Under the pieces are notes generated by a model that was given only the letters and a program-made list of their open reading frames with translations, made no database searches and was not told the origin of the DNA. From Podarcis filfolensis (taxonomy: Eukaryota): a stretch of DNA of 64,000 nucleotides. Positions 24,221 through 38,279 of the stretch are shown one piece after another; positions within the stretch are counted from its first letter, which is position 1, and each line of letters starts with the position of its first letter. The position numbers and the translations under genes were made by a program. The DNA is taken from the NCBI GenBank assembly GCA_964270895.1, contig OZ185442.1, one strand, 5' to 3'.

Positions 24221-25913
24221 GTAAGTAAATAGCAACAGGAGCGGTGGCTGTTCTCCAAGAACCCTAATAGCAGCTGCTCTGTGAGGTAGGTTAGGTTGGG
24301 AATGTTGGGGCCAAAGTCACCCAGAAAACTTGTTTGGGCAGGGATCTGAACCTAGATCAAAGTCCCATAGGCTAACTGTGGCATCAGATTGGCTTTCTCA
24401 AAGAAGGTATGTATGTATGAAGAGAAAGCAATGTTCTAGGTGGGCACAGGATGATATAAGTTAAGAATGTAGACAGGTCAGGATTATGGAATAGAAGCCA
24501 AGATCTGGAAGCTGGACAAATGGAAGATGTTTTTTTGGAAGTGTATTTCAGTCAGATCTGGCTTATCTTGGAGACAAAGGCCGTGATCCTAAAACACTGT
24601 CGCTTATTTGTGGCTACAGATTCACAGCTTGATACAGCTTCCCAGTGGCTTTATTCTGCTGTTTGTCTTGATTTTTTTCGCACCCAGTTCCTGCTGTCCT
24701 GTGATTCTGTCAGTTTCACTCGTGCAGGCTGTTGTATTTGCGGTCTTCTTGCTGTGGCTCAGATTGCTAGGTGCCATAGGTTCCTTTGGTGAGAACAGCA
24801 GGATATGCATTCTAAAGACAAAATAACTGTTGTGCCAGAGAGGAGCATGGCCTGAGGGTTGAAGGACTGCATTTGGCCTGAGGTTCGCCACCCCTGGTCA
24901 AATGTTTAGCTGTCTTCAGTGGTGCATAATCCCTAGAAGGATGGGGTGTAAATTTTCATGTAAAATAAAAATATCACAGGGCTCTTGTAATGATTACTGG
25001 GTAACATTATGTGAAGTGCTTTGAACACATAAAGCACTGTCTCACTTCTAAAGTATTCTTTCCCCAGGCTTTCTGTTTTGAGTTTCATGGGGCTTTTTTA
25101 AACCTACGTCTTATCTGTAGCACAAGGAAGAAGAAAGGCAAAGTGCCAGGATTACAACTGGGTGCGACCAGATTCCACACCTTCCTGTGCCCCAGTTTCT
25201 CTGTTGGCTGGAGCTAGAGAACAATAAGTTTACAAGTGCTGGAATGATTAGCTGTGCTTCCTGGCTAGGCAACTCCTCCCCTAGCCTAACATACAACCGC
25301 TTAATGTGCAGAGAGCATTTCGGTTCTGCGAGAAAACTTAATCCTTTGGAAAATTGAATTTTTGATTATTTGGCCTCAAGCTACAAAAGCTGAATTTGCA
25401 GGCAGTGCAGTCCCCAGAGTTCTGTGTAGCAGCACTCTACAGGCTATACTTGACAAGAGACTGATTTTGTCATGTAAACTCAGTAAACTCAGTGCACGAG
25501 TTCCCAGTAATCCATGTTAAAGCCAAAACCAATAGCCTAGATAGTTAAGTTTTTGTCAACTCTTGTTGGTAACAGCCTCCCCTTCCTGGGTCTTTCTCAG
25601 CCCAGATACTTGAGATTAAATGGAGGTGCCAAGAATTCAGTGTGAGAGCATACAGGCAAAGAATGCTATGCCTCTAAGCTTCTAAAGAGAAATTGTGGTG
25701 TTGCAACAGTATTCACATTATTGTATGTATTAGGAGTCTTCTGTGGTGGAGAGAGAGACTGAGTGATAGGTGCTTGAGTCACTTAACAGTTTGACAAATC
25801 ACAGGCTTCAGTGAAAAATGTTTTGCCTGGGCTGGTAGATTTGAACCACAAACTGCAAGCAGCAGGTACTTGATATGGCAGGATTGGGGAGGGTCAGAAA
25901 TCTGATTGTAATT

Positions 25914-26456
25914 CAGGGGTCGGCAAACTAAGGTCTGCAGGCCGGATCAGGCCCAATCAGGATCCGGCCTGCAGACTGTCTGTGGATCGGCTTGGGGATT
26001 CTGCTTGTTCGGGCTGCACCATTTCTCCCCGTGCCATTCTATTCCCCCCTCCACACACACCGTGGTGGCGCCTCCTCCCTCCCTCCTCCTGGTTTCTCCC
26101 TGCCCTACCTAGAGGAGGAAGGGAGCTGGCTCAGCACCATTTTAAGCAGCCCCTCCGGAGTCAGCCCTTTCGTGCCGCTCATCTTCCCTCCGCCGCCACC
26201 CTGGTGCTCCTGTGGACCAGGGAACGGAGCGGATGGGCTCGCTCTGCCTACCCACGGGAAAAAGCAGTGGTGGTGGTTGTGGCAGCCCCAGGGAAGGTAA
26301 GCGCAGCGGCTGGGGGCTGGGGTGGTGGGGAGGAGGACTACTTGCCCCCCTCGCCTCTTCGTCCAGCTCCTCCTCCCTGGTGCTGCTTCTCTGGCCCGCC
26401 ACAAGGTCTGAGGGACAGTGGACCAGCCTGCGGCTAAAAAAATTTGCTGATCCCTG
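25914..26456. mobile_element. Non-autonomous hAT element, same termini as 11170 in opposite orientation
   Basis: TIR caggggtcggcaaa / tttgctgatccctg; exact 8-bp TSD ttgtaatt. Confidence 0.92.
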
Positions 26457-27564
26457 TTGTAATTGATGGAGCATGGCATTGAGATGTGTAGGGCCAAATC
26501 TTCTATTTCAAACCCACCACCCTCGGTTGCACAAACCCTGGAGTACTTAAGCAATGTACTTTCTTTATGTTTCGCTTGCATTCACTCTATGTAGGTTTTG
26601 AGTTGTTGCTTCTGTATGGATTGAGTGTTGTTGTTTTTTTAACACCCTAAAGTATTCTTGCAACCAGCAAATGAACTGCTTGGGGCTCACTACGAACTAC
26701 ATCTTATCAATCGTAAAACAAATCTTATCAACCCTGAAAGGGCTTTGAATCCGGTTCTACTTCTAAACCCCAACAACCCTGTTAACTGCTTTTTGATGAT
26801 ATTGGTAGGTATTGCACAACTGGAGAACAGCACAGTTCACTGGTTGATAGCATGACTTCTGAAAGCAGCAAAACACTATTCCAGGGGCAGGGAACATGCT
26901 GGACTGCCAACTTGCATCTTCCGTGAGCATTGCCCACATTCGCTGAGGCTGCCAGGAGTTGGAATCCTGCAGCATCTGGAGGGCCCAGGTTCCCACATTT
27001 CTGCTCTAAGGAGATAGAATGGAAGAGAGAATGGAAGATTGTTTTTGAAGGGGAAAAGAATCATACTTGATTTTATACCTGTCTTTTCCAGCAAGTAAAA
27101 TCTTAGAGCCATTTTCCCTTTCTCTCTTGCAGAGAGGAGAATGCCTTCTGTTGTTTTTTTTTTTAATTGTCTCAAAATGACTTCCAACAGATTAATCAGA
27201 CACCTTTTTAGTCTGATTTAAGGTTGTAGTCCTAAACACACTTAGTTGAGAGTGAACGCTATTGGTCGTGGTGAGGCTTGGTTCACACATAACACTGAGC
27301 CAGACTATGACTCTGCAAGAGAATCCATGTTTGTGGGTAACTGGAATGAAAATGGCAGCTGCTTTGCTCCAGCGCCATTCCTGCTGTTGCCACGCTGGCC
27401 AGAACTAAGCCAGCTTAATGGTTTGTCTCCTAGCAAATTGAGAGCTGTAACCAAGGTTTGCACTTTGTATACTGCTTATGGTTTGCCTGAGGTTTACAGA
27501 CCATAAGCCTGGGATTGCACGTTATTCTAAAGCAAACCATGAACTAGCTCTGGGAAGGAGGAGA

Positions 27565-27805
27565 GGAGTTTGGATTTAATATTCTGCTTTATCACTACCC
27601 TAAGGAGTCTCAAAGCGGCTTAACATTCTCCTTTCCCTTCCTCCCCCACAACAAACACTCTGTGAGGTGAGTGGGGCTGAGAGACTTCAGAGAAGTGTGA
27701 CTTGCCCAAGGTCACCCAGCAACTGCATGTGGAAGAGCGGGACGCGAACCCGATTCACCAGATTACGAGTCCACCACTCTTAACTACTACACCACACTGG
27801 CTCTG
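27565..27805 (-). mobile_element. Same SINE family as 2302-2555, reverse orientation
   Basis: Reverse complement is colinear with 2302-2555. Confidence 0.85.
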
Positions 27806-28937
27806 GAGTAGGGAAGAAGCAAAGTTTCTGCTCTGGGTATCTGCACTTTTGCTCTTTCCCTCTAAGCCAAAGATTGTCTTATTATTGGGACTGTTTTCCC
27901 AGTAAGCATGCATAGGATTAAGCTGTATATATTGCAGCCCTAGTTCGTTTAAAATAAAATAAACCAAATAAAAATAATTACAAATTGGGACCAAGAACAG
28001 CAACCATTTTGCAATCTTTTCACTGTCTCATTCCTGCTGTTGTGCATCACAAAATCGACCCCTGCTAAATTCTGGCAAGTACTGCTGCTTTCTTTTTCTC
28101 TCTCTTATGAACTCTGACATCAGCAAAGACTTGAGAGGAGAGGCAAAACAGGAATAAACAGCATTTACTGTTCCAGCAGGTCAAAAGTCCATGGCAAAAA
28201 CCTACGGCTTGTGATAACAAGTTTCAAAACAAGTGTCGATCGCCAGATTTGGAGTCATCACAGACATGTTCTCTTTCTTGCCTCCCTGCAAACCCATGGA
28301 AAATATTGCAGTGTGATAACAGGGGTTTTTTCTCTCCTGCTACACTAAGGTCTGACTCACATTGCAGAAAACCAAAACAACCCTTTTGGACACCTGTGCT
28401 GTTTCCCGCCCCCCCCTGCTGCTTAAGCTCTGCATAGTTCTCGTCTTAGTAATGGGCAGAGTGAATTTAGTTGTGAAACCTTCAGCAGCACCATAACCAG
28501 CAGTTAAAAAAAATAATTGCAATGCACTTTCCATCCTCGCAGCACTTTCTAAGCACCTAATTGCAGTTATTTCAGGAAGCACAGAAGGTCTACTTAAAAA
28601 CTTGGTGCAGCTTAGGCTGATGTTCAGGTTCTGGAAACAATTGGTTTGTAGAATATGCTGATATTCCGCTGATTTGCAAGTGTTGGTGCACTCGAAACAG
28701 GGATGGTGAAGTGGTGGCTCAAGACCTTGGTGTGGTCCTGGCCTTTGTACAGAATTTTAATCTTAAGAGTGATGCAACATTTGCTCAGTAAGGAACAGGA
28801 GAGGGTGGGGAAAGAATACACATGTGTATTTGCAAAACCCATCTATATAGGTTTTTAATGGTCCCGTTCAACTCTACAATTCTAAGATTCTATGTTGCTG
28901 TGCTTGAGCATGTCCCTAGTATCTCCTGGGCTTATGC

Positions 28938-29178
28938 AGGTGGCGCTGTGGTCTAAACCGCTGAGCCTCTTGGGCTTGCCGATCAGAAGGTCGGCGGTTT
29001 GAATCCCCATGATGCAGTGATCTCCCGTTGCTCTGTCCCAGCTCCTGCCAACCTAGCAGTTGAAAAGCATGCCAGTGCAAGTACCACTGCGGCAGGAAGG
29101 TAAATGGCTTTTCCGTGCACTCTGGTACTCTTCACAGTGTCCTGTTGCATCAGAAGCAGTTTAGTCATGACCTGGAAA
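28938..29178 (+). mobile_element. Sauria SINE, 3'-truncated
   Basis: Head aggtggcgctgtggtctaaacc...ggtttgaatcccc followed by SINE body. Confidence 0.85.
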
Positions 29179-30371
29179 GCAGTTCTGTAAAAGTGAGGCC
29201 AACCCCATCAACTCTTGTATTGCCACTGCCGGTGTATCTGATATTTGCACATATATTGGTTTGCTATGGGGAAACATTCCTGAGTGCTGTTGCAGAACAA
29301 ACCCTATTTTATTTATGCAGCTGTGAACCCCTATAGCAAGGCTGCGGGTTCCCTGCCTGAAAAGACCCAGTTTCTCATTCCTGCCAAACAGCAGAGATGC
29401 TGTTTGTACCAGGGTTAGTTGACATGGTGCCCTCAGGATGTTCTTGGACTACAGCTCCCATCATCCCTGACTGTCGGGCATCTTCACTGTGGCTGATGGG
29501 AGAGACCATCTAGAGGGCACCATGTTGGCTATCCCTGGTTTTTACAATCAGAGATAGGGAGCTGTACTTGTTGCTTCAGCAACTGTGCTAGAATGTGTAT
29601 GTGACCAATTTCCTTCTCCCTCACCCAATGCTGCCTCTGTGGACTTGTTAAAGTGGAAGAAGTTGAAGGCATAAATTGCCACCAGGTGAGTTAGCACGTG
29701 GGGAATAATTGCATGTTATTTTGGGCTGTATAAGGAAGTGAGGAAGTGGTTTCCCTGTGATCTTAGGTGTTGATGGCTTGATCTACCCAACTAATTGTTG
29801 TTAACCTGGCCCAGCCAGAAGCCTTGGAGCAAATGAGTACCAGAATCCAAACCAGCTGAGAGAAAACCCTTTTCCCTGCACTTCCTTGTCTCTCGCCCTA
29901 TTTCATGCCTCCTATATTTTCCAGGATTGAGTCATTCATTCTCCACACTGCCTTTTCCCTTGGAGAGCCTTGATGGGCCAAAGCTGTCTACTTTCCAGAG
30001 AAGGGAGAATAACTGGCCCATGAATTGCCACACAACAGCAGTGCAGAGTTGTGTAGATGAGGAAAAAATAAATACTTGGGAGATTCAATACATCCTGTGG
30101 GCTGGTCCTTGCCTGCTTGCGATTTAATTCTACTTCACGTTCAACCATTTCTGCATCCTGGTATGACTCAAAGAAGGAAAAAAAAGAGCATCTGCTAATA
30201 GCCCTTACCTAACCATAGCGAGAGCATCCAATGCAATGTGTTAAAATTGTAATTTCCCTTTTAAGAAGGGAAGTATCACTGTTGATGGATGGAATTTTGT
30301 ACAGGGAATACTTTTTTCCTTGAGACTTTGGGCAGAGAATCCGGTAAAAGTCTCAAAACAACCTTTCCCCC

Positions 30372-31040
30372 ATGTGATTTAACAAGAATCCCCTCCCCTA
30401 ATGAGTCAGAAACTAAGGACTTAAGCTGTGGATTTAAGGCTGTGTGGAGATAAACTTTCGAACCAAAGCAATGTTTCAAGATGAAGCTGGAAAGCTAAGA
30501 GTTTTGGAATGACGCAGTTAAAAATGCCGTCGCCATTTTGGGAGGCATTGTTGGAGCTCTTGGGTCTGGGAGGAGAAAGAGAGAAATAGAGTTGTTTACA
30601 TATCGTGGATCAACTTCTCAGTGGGACTTAAGAGCGACAAATGCCAAATTTATGATGGAAAGAGCGATGTTATCTACGAAGGAGATATATGGAAACCATC
30701 TGGACTTAGTGGAGGAACGGGAAATCCACACAGGATTATTATTTTGCTTATCAGCTTAAGGAGACTAACAGAAGAGATCGTAAAGGAAAAATAGAAATTA
30801 TATGAACAAGATATGATGTGGAAACACCAAGATAAGACTGGATAGAATTATGAATTTTGTCTGGACTGATTGGGACTGATTTGGACATTAACGCAGTAAT
30901 AAGAAGATGATCTGAATCCCCCTTTGGATCTTGAAGTATGGGTTCCCCCAACAAAATTTAAAAATTTGGCTTTGTAATTTGGAATTTATGTGATGTGATT
31001 TAATTTGATGTGATTGGCCAGTTAATAAAAATTATTAAAA
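30372..31040 (+). mobile_element. Retroposed insert with polyA tail and about 16-bp TSD (L1-driven)
   Basis: AATAAA plus A-tail at 31024-31044; flanks aaaacaacctttccccc / aaaacacctttcccccc. Confidence 0.6.
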
Positions 31041-32483
31041 AAAACACCTTTCCCCCCTCCTACTGCTGGTGAGTGGTCCCAGCGTGAACTACCACTGCAC
31101 TGGATACTCCCTTCTTGTACCCTCCTACTAAATAGAAGTGCTTACCTGCAGAACTCGTCATCTTTGCAGACCTCCATCTTCAGTCAGGCACAGAGATTGG
31201 GCAGTAGTGTAGCATATTCAGAAGTGCAGGGTCCCTTCATCATGGTCACAAGCCACACCCCTTCTAAGATTATACAAGTTTACAATAATAATAATAATAA
31301 TAATCATCAGAGGTACATTGCAACAATCAATGCCAATCTCCATGTGCTCCCTTCCTGTTAGATCTATTTTCTATGCACACACATGGGCAAATGATTTGGT
31401 GTGCTCCAGTATAGTGGCTTGTCCTCTACACGAAGTTCAATTGTGTGTAGAAGAACTTGCACACCATTTAAAAAAAAAACTGAATAGCCTTGTGTTTTCG
31501 GTTTTCATAAATGTTTGGCTTTCGAGCATACAGTGGCTAAGAAGCTTCCTTTTTGTCTGATTGGGCTGTTCTTGGATGCTGGAGACAGGGACACTGCTGC
31601 AGAAATAGTAATGGGTGTTCGACCCTTTGCGACCTTGGACTGCTGCTTCACTGAGTGCAAGGAGGAGAGCCGCCTTATATTGTGTCTCTTGTCTGTAAAA
31701 GAAGGTGTAGCAGGGACTCCCCCCTCCCCCCAAAAAACAAATCAAGCCCTCTTGCAAGAGGTTGCATGGCTGAGCACTCAAGGGCAGTTTAATTGTAAAT
31801 TTGGAATGTGTTTCCTGGAGAAGCCCCTCTGTCAGTTTCTGGCTTAATCCCAGGACTTTTTCCCCTGGCAGGGTGGGGTGGCTCGCCTCTGCAGGAGATT
31901 TCCTTTTTTACTTTTCGCGTTCCTCTTGAACAATGAGTCTTCCACCAATTGAGAGAGGCCCAGTATGGTTGCCTATTTCTGATCTCCTTGCAGCAGAAAA
32001 GCTAGGTTAAACTTTTGAAAACAATTCAGGCTGAAATTGGGGCACTGATTCTCTCTAGGGTCCAGAGCTCGCTTTCAGAGACAGGTGCTATTCAAGACTT
32101 GTGCACAAAATACTCCACCTCCCTGCAGTTTCCAGTTCTTACATATAGGTAAATTTCCTTAAATGAATGGTTGGAAAGGTAGGTATCCGTATGGTTTCTC
32201 GTCATGAGCAATGGTTTGCAGCTTCCTGTGATGCTCATAGATTCCCAAGACAAAAACCAAACTGATGGTAGAGTTTATAATAACCAGCGGAAGAATATTA
32301 TTTTTCTTTAGAACAATATTATGGTTTCATATGTAGGAATATACAAGGTTTCCCTACAGAGGCGCAGCCTTGAGAGAAGATGCTGTGACTCTGCTTAACA
32401 TTCATCTATCCAAGGAGCTGACTTTTAGCATCTGGGTTGATACCCTTTTCTTCTTCTCTGCCTTCTTTTTCATCCTTCTCTAG

Positions 32484-32603
32484 ATGCTGACCTTAGCATT
32501 GACCAGACAGCTTGGGGAGACAGTGGGGTGTACTACTGCACAGTGACTTCCAGTCAAGACTTGCAAGGCAACAACGAGGCCTACGCTGAGCTCATTGTTT
32601 TGG
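32484..32603 (+). CDS. LSR: LSR exon 3 (Ig domain, second part)
   Basis: NADLSIDQTAWGDSGVYYCTVTSSQDLQGNNEAYAELIVL; ctctag| and |gtaagt; 120 nt, phase 1-1. Confidence 0.98.
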
Positions 32604-33084
32604 GTAAGTGACAAGGCTGCTGTTGAGCACACAGGAATCTCTCAGGACAGATCACGGCAGCTTAATTGCATGCTGTGGGAGGCTTCGTAGGAGAGGATGC
32701 TCTCGCACAAGTCTAGCTGGCCTACTGGGTAAATCCCCAGGAGGAAAGGAAGACCTGGATGGCTGTCAAGCTTAGTTTGCCCTGCAAAACTGGTGCGTGT
32801 ACCTTTGCTTTCCAAGTCCCACGCACTTTGGGTTCATCCACAGAAGAATGAGGTGATGTAGTTCATATTGCAGGTGGTAGCTTTTATTTTTTACTGCTTG
32901 CCCAGATTTGTTGGGTTACAAAAATACACCAAGGAGAAAAACAACACAGGAGAGAAGAGAGGTGCTGTGCTAGTTTTCACTCAGACTTTTTAAGTGTAAG
33001 GAAGCATCCAAAATGTTTCTCTCCCCACCTCAATAACTCAGGGTCTGAACTGGTGCAGTCCATTCTGTTGCCCAGGCTCTACTG

Positions 33085-33409
33085 CAGGGGTCGGCAACCT
33101 AAGGCCCATGGGCCACAAGCGGCCCATGGGGGTTGTTTAACTGGCCCATGGACCCCCGCCGCCCACTCGGTCAGCTCCCATGTGCCACGCTACGGCCCGG
33201 AGCAGAGTAGGGACTGCCTTCCGCAACACTGGCTGGCTTCCCATTGGCTGCAGGAAGCTCCTGCAGCCAATGGGAAGCTGTGCATGCCTCCTCCATGCTG
33301 GAAGGAGTGCCGGAAATAGCGTTTGCGCGTGCGTGCGTGCACACTCTGGCCCACAGCGGTGTCTGCGGGACTGTGATACGGCCCAAGCCACGAAAACTTT
33401 GCCGACCTT
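33085..33409. mobile_element. Non-autonomous hAT element
   Basis: caggggtcggcaa / ttgccgacc (right end damaged); 8-bp TSD ctctactg. Confidence 0.85.
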
Positions 33410-33700
33410 CTCTACTGCCTTAGCCTGCTTTGTGCACTGCACTAGCAGCCTAAGAAACAGCTTCTGGGACCCCAGCACTGTGCTTCCTGTCCTAGCACCA
33501 GCTGCATCCAGGCTGGCATATAATTCCTTCTGTTTGATTGCCTGCCATATCAGCCCCACTGCTTTATGCCCAGCTTTGTTACAGCACTGGATCCCTCGCA
33601 CTCCCAACCTATGCCACACCCTATCTGGGACACCCATTCGTAGACACACAAAAATTTGCTACTCAGGTGTCCTCTTGTAGTCATATGTAAATACTCTCCA

Positions 33701-33701
<1 letters not shown>

Positions 33702-33733
<32 letters not shown>
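33702..33733. repeat. (TG)n microsatellite
   Basis: Read directly. Confidence 0.95.
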
Positions 33734-33735
<2 letters not shown>

Positions 33736-36114
33736 CTGGGAACAAAGCAGGGTCTCTGGACTGGAGCCAAGGTGCAGGTTGATCTTTGTTTGCTATGCAC
33801 ACAGGCCTCTTTCTTTGCAAAACCTCTGTGTGTGCGTGTGCACGTCTGTGATACTGTACTGGAGGAACCAGTTCTAAGTGCGGGTGGAGACTGGCATTCT
33901 GAAGTGTCCCTTTATCGTGGGCAGTGCCGTGTCACCCTGCCCTGTAACATTGGCCCCTGTCATGAGGAATTTTGTGTCCTCTGTGGAGCTTAAAAAAATA
34001 CTGTTCTTGTATATTGTTACTTAAGCAAAATGCATGGAATTTTGCTTATTCTACATGTTTCTGCCTTTCTGAGTGATTGTGTGCTACGAAGGGCACACAA
34101 GCCTTAATGCTACCTGCTGGAAATATTATTGCTTGAGTTGTCCGAGATTGATTTTGGGACCTTGTGCATATGCAGTAGTAGTTGCAGTTAAGACTGTCTT
34201 GGGTAGCAGAGCTGGTAACAACCCTTTTGTTTTGTTTGAGGACTTGGGGAATTGTTGACAGTCGAAAATGGATCAGTGGTCTAACTGGGTGAAAGGCCTT
34301 TTAATATGTTGCTTGGCCTAATTCCACTCACCATCTTCCTTCCAGTTCCATTGTAGTTGGATTAATTTCATAAGGCTTTGCCTGTGTACTTTTCAGGCTC
34401 CTTGTTGCATACATTAGGACTAGAAGCTCGTTTTGTTCTTAAAAGAACAAAACCAAACACAGATCCTTAGTGTTGAATTTTGTGCACCAACACGCTGCTT
34501 GTGGTTGTGTGCTGTGAGCAGATCTTCCACTATGAGAAGCAGAGAGGAAATGAACATGAATGGACTTTCCTGCAGTGGCAGGGATTAAGGGTGTGGAGCA
34601 TCATATCTTATCTGTTTTGTTTATTAACATCTTTTGTATACCAAGGGGGCAACGTGCCCTTGGGACCCAGTTTGAGTTGGTTTTCAAACTGCTCCTGTTC
34701 TTTGTTCGTGTGACTGCGTTCTTTAATTTGTATTTTGCAATTTGTGCTGTGATTTTTACTTAACTTTTGCACTCATGGCTCTTGACTAAATGGAACCTCC
34801 ATGTCCAGAGCAAGTATATCTCTGTGTACTGTACGTCTAGGGCAAAAAACAACAACATGCGAGGGCTACTGGCCCTGGTGAGCTTCTCAAAGTCATCTGT
34901 GTGGCCACTATTAGAATCCAAGATTTCAACTAGGCAGATCGTTGGTCCTATCCTGCAGGCTCCTGAGCAACTTTCTGGCATTGCCTGACTGCCAAGTTAA
35001 CTAATGTTCAGATCTGTGACCTGGTTCTCGTCCCACGCAATTATGTTGTTTACATCAATCCATTCCTCTGGGGGGCTCTAGGAGTTCTCCCCCCAGAGGG
35101 AGCAGAGCAGGCAGGGAATATATTGGGACGCCTCTGTGCAGGCAGCTATTTCATACTGTGTGTAGTATTGTCTTGAGGTTTTCTACTCCCAAGTTGGCTA
35201 AAACTGGGAGACCTGCTTTCTTCCAGATAGTACCCTCTCTGTGGAACGTGTCTGCTTCCTGTCAGTTCCTGTACTCTTATTTTTCCTCTATTTTTTTTAT
35301 GTCAGAAACTATATTCCGCCCCCATGCTCAGGAACTGCAGCAGGGTGATGTGCCTGGCTGTGCCAGGGTTGCATGTTCTGAAAAAATGCCGGTTGCTTAC
35401 AGCAGGGCCTGGGAAAGGAAATATTTTCCCAAACATTCCACTCTGTAGGTGAGAGTGCGTGCCTGGCTTGCAGTTGCTCCATCAGGGGGACGGATGGGGA
35501 CACACACACAAACACCCACCCACCCAGGAATGTTAGTCCTTACCTCTCTGCCTTCTCCATTTCCTTAAGACAAAAGCAATGGGCTTATCTTAGGACAAGG
35601 TAACAATTGCAGGCTCATCACTTCTTGACTGCAGCATTTAAATAAGGACTTCTGTGCATCACAGATAAATCACTGCAGATGGAATTTCTGATATTACCAT
35701 TTGCCCCTCTAGGGTTCCTTTTCAGTCTGAGGGCCGCATTTCCTCATAAACAGCCTTCCAGGGGCCACATGCCAGCACGGCATGCCGGATGGGTTAGCCT
35801 TTGTACAGTGGGCTTCGTTCCAGTTGTGCAGAAGTCTCTTGTTTTCCACACACACACCTCTCCCGTCATTCGTGCAAGCTCAGGGCATTATGATAGTCGG
35901 AGGAGACATTCTAGCCAACCAAAGCTGTTGAGGAAAGCGCAGAGCAGGGACGGCATGGGTCTGGGGTGAGTCCCAAGGACAGAGGCCTGGAGGGGGCTGC
36001 ATTTGGCCCTAGGTTCCAAACCACCGCTTTAGCTGGCCCAGAAGTGCCTGCCTCCAGGAGCAGCCAGCTGTATTTAGTAACTTTCTTTTCCCTGTGTTTT
36101 TGTTTGTTCTGTAG

Positions 36115-36171
36115 GCAAATCCTCCGGTGTCTCAGAGCTTTTGCCAGGCTTTCAGATAGGGCATATGGAAG
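36115..36171 (+). CDS. LSR: LSR exon 4 (19-aa cassette exon)
   Basis: GKSSGVSELLPGFQIGHME matches human GRTSGVAELLPGFQAGPIE; ctgtag| and |gtactg; 57 nt. Confidence 0.93.
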
Positions 36172-36401
36172 GTACTGGCTTTGCTTCTTTTTCCATGCTG
36201 TCTTTCCTGGGGTTGTGAGGGGTGGGTGGATAATACTCCTTTGTTCTTTAATATGTCCTATCCTTGAATCTGTCGGGGTAGCAGTAGGCGTGCCTGGGTT
36301 TGGAAAGGAGTCGAAAATGTCTGTCTCTTAGGGTACTTCTTTTGTTAACTTGCTAACACTGCAGAACTCTGTAGGCTTCTTTTACGTTTCTTCCAACCTC
36401 C

Positions 36402-36432
36402 CCACCCACCCACCCACCCACCCACCCACCCA
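36402..36432. repeat. (CACC)n microsatellite
   Basis: Read directly. Confidence 0.85.
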
Positions 36433-36728
36433 CCTCTAACTGTGATGTATAAGAGAACCTGTCTTTTCATGTCCCTGCTGTAGAGATGCAGGCTTAAGTG
36501 CAGTGTGCGATTCAGGGTCCCTTGAGCCTGTAACTGAATTAGGAGTGGTTCACACACATTGGGGGGGTGTTCACCTAAAAAAAAAAAGGTCAAGTGTGAA
36601 GACATCTGAAGGCAGCCCTATTTAGAGAAGTTATTAATGACTGATGTTTTAATGTATTTTTAATCTTTTGTTGGAAACCGCCCAGAGTGGCTGGGGAAAC
36701 CCAGCCAGATGGGTGGAGTATAAATAAT

Positions 36729-36772
<44 letters not shown>
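36729..36772. repeat. (TAT)n microsatellite
   Basis: Read directly. Confidence 0.95.
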
Positions 36773-38279
36773 TAATGTTACCAGCATCTGGATTGTGCAG
36801 AAAACACATTTGGGCAAGCTGGAACTGGCTGCAGTTTACTTGCCAAGTGTAACTTCATAGCAAACCTTGGTGTTCATTTGCACATGATATTGTTATGATG
36901 GTGGTATGCACAGGGGTTGCTGTTGTGTCTTAACACTAGCCCCCTCGATAAACTTTGTATTGGAGTTCCCTGTTGTCCCTGATCACTGGCCATACTGGCT
37001 GGGGTGCTGGGAATTGTAGGGCAAAACATTGGGAGGGTGCCAGGTTGGTGAAGGCTGGGTTATGCATTGTTCTGATATTCTTTAGCTGGAGGGCATAAGC
37101 AAAGGGTCCCCAGCTTTGGTTTGTCAGGACTTGCTATGGGGCTGCTGCTATGCAAGTCCTTTCTGCCCCAGCAGCTAATGAGAGGGAAGGGTGAACCACA
37201 CTGGTGTCCCACGCAGAACGCAACTGATTGTGAAGCAGAAAGGCAGTCCCCTAACACTCCATTAGAAGTTGGTGGGAGAGCTATACTTAAAACCATGCTC
37301 TAGCCAGCTGAACACAACCAACTCATCTTGGAAAACTATCCTTAGATGACGAGGACTTCTGAGGCTGGCTTCAAAGCATGAATGATGGACACCAGCACTT
37401 GAGAGCTTGCTGCATTTGACAGACCTAGGTGGAGAGATCTGTGCCGTGAGGCCTTGTCCCTCTTTGAGTTGTGGTGTGTATGAGTTCGAAAGAGAACACG
37501 ATCCATACTGCAAGTTCTGTGGTCTTCATCTGTTGGGCTAATCCCAGAACCTGTGTTGGTAATATATGGAAATTGGTCTTCCAGTCTAGGATCATATTTC
37601 ATTTTGCAGCTGTAGGGCCCTTGACTTTAAAGAACCATGTATAAAAGCAGTGGATAAAGCACCCTATAGAAAGAGAAGGAATGAGAGGAGCAAAAAATGT
37701 GGCACGCTGAAAGCTTTTGCTTCCCTGGGCGACTTGTTAGGTGTAGGTTCAGCATTGACACTGGACTTGCACATTACTGACACATGGGAGGGATTTTGCC
37801 TCTGCAAAGCAATCTTGGTGCAGCAGTTCTTTTGCTTAGGAACAGCAAGAGGGGGATGAAGGCCTGATCCTGATTCTATAGGAGACAGAACAGCGCAATG
37901 AATGGGATAGATGTAGAATGAATGTCTAGAGATTTATCAGCCCTTTGGGATTCAGGATTCAAGAGGATCTGTTGGCATGCACTCAGCATGCAACAGGATC
38001 AGTTAGGGTTTGAGAGGAGGGACTTCCAGGCCTGGGCAATGCAGGATCTTGTGTGAGGAGGGGGCAGAAATTGTCAGTTTGCTAAGGCTGTCACACTGAG
38101 AGCTGTATATTAGGGCAAGGAGTGCCTGGTATCACAACTAGCATTCTCCTCCTCAATTGAAGCTTGTTGACTCCTTGTAGAAGCTGCCAAGATGGCCTAG
38201 CCCTTCTCTCTAGATGGAACTTGATTCATAGGCTCTGTCTCAAAAGGACTTTTCCCTCCCCACCCCCCTTTCTTCCCAG

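Noticed and set aside
33137-33680. Overlapping 166-170 aa ORFs on both strands
   Set aside because: Largely inside a GC-rich hAT MITE; no recognisable domain.
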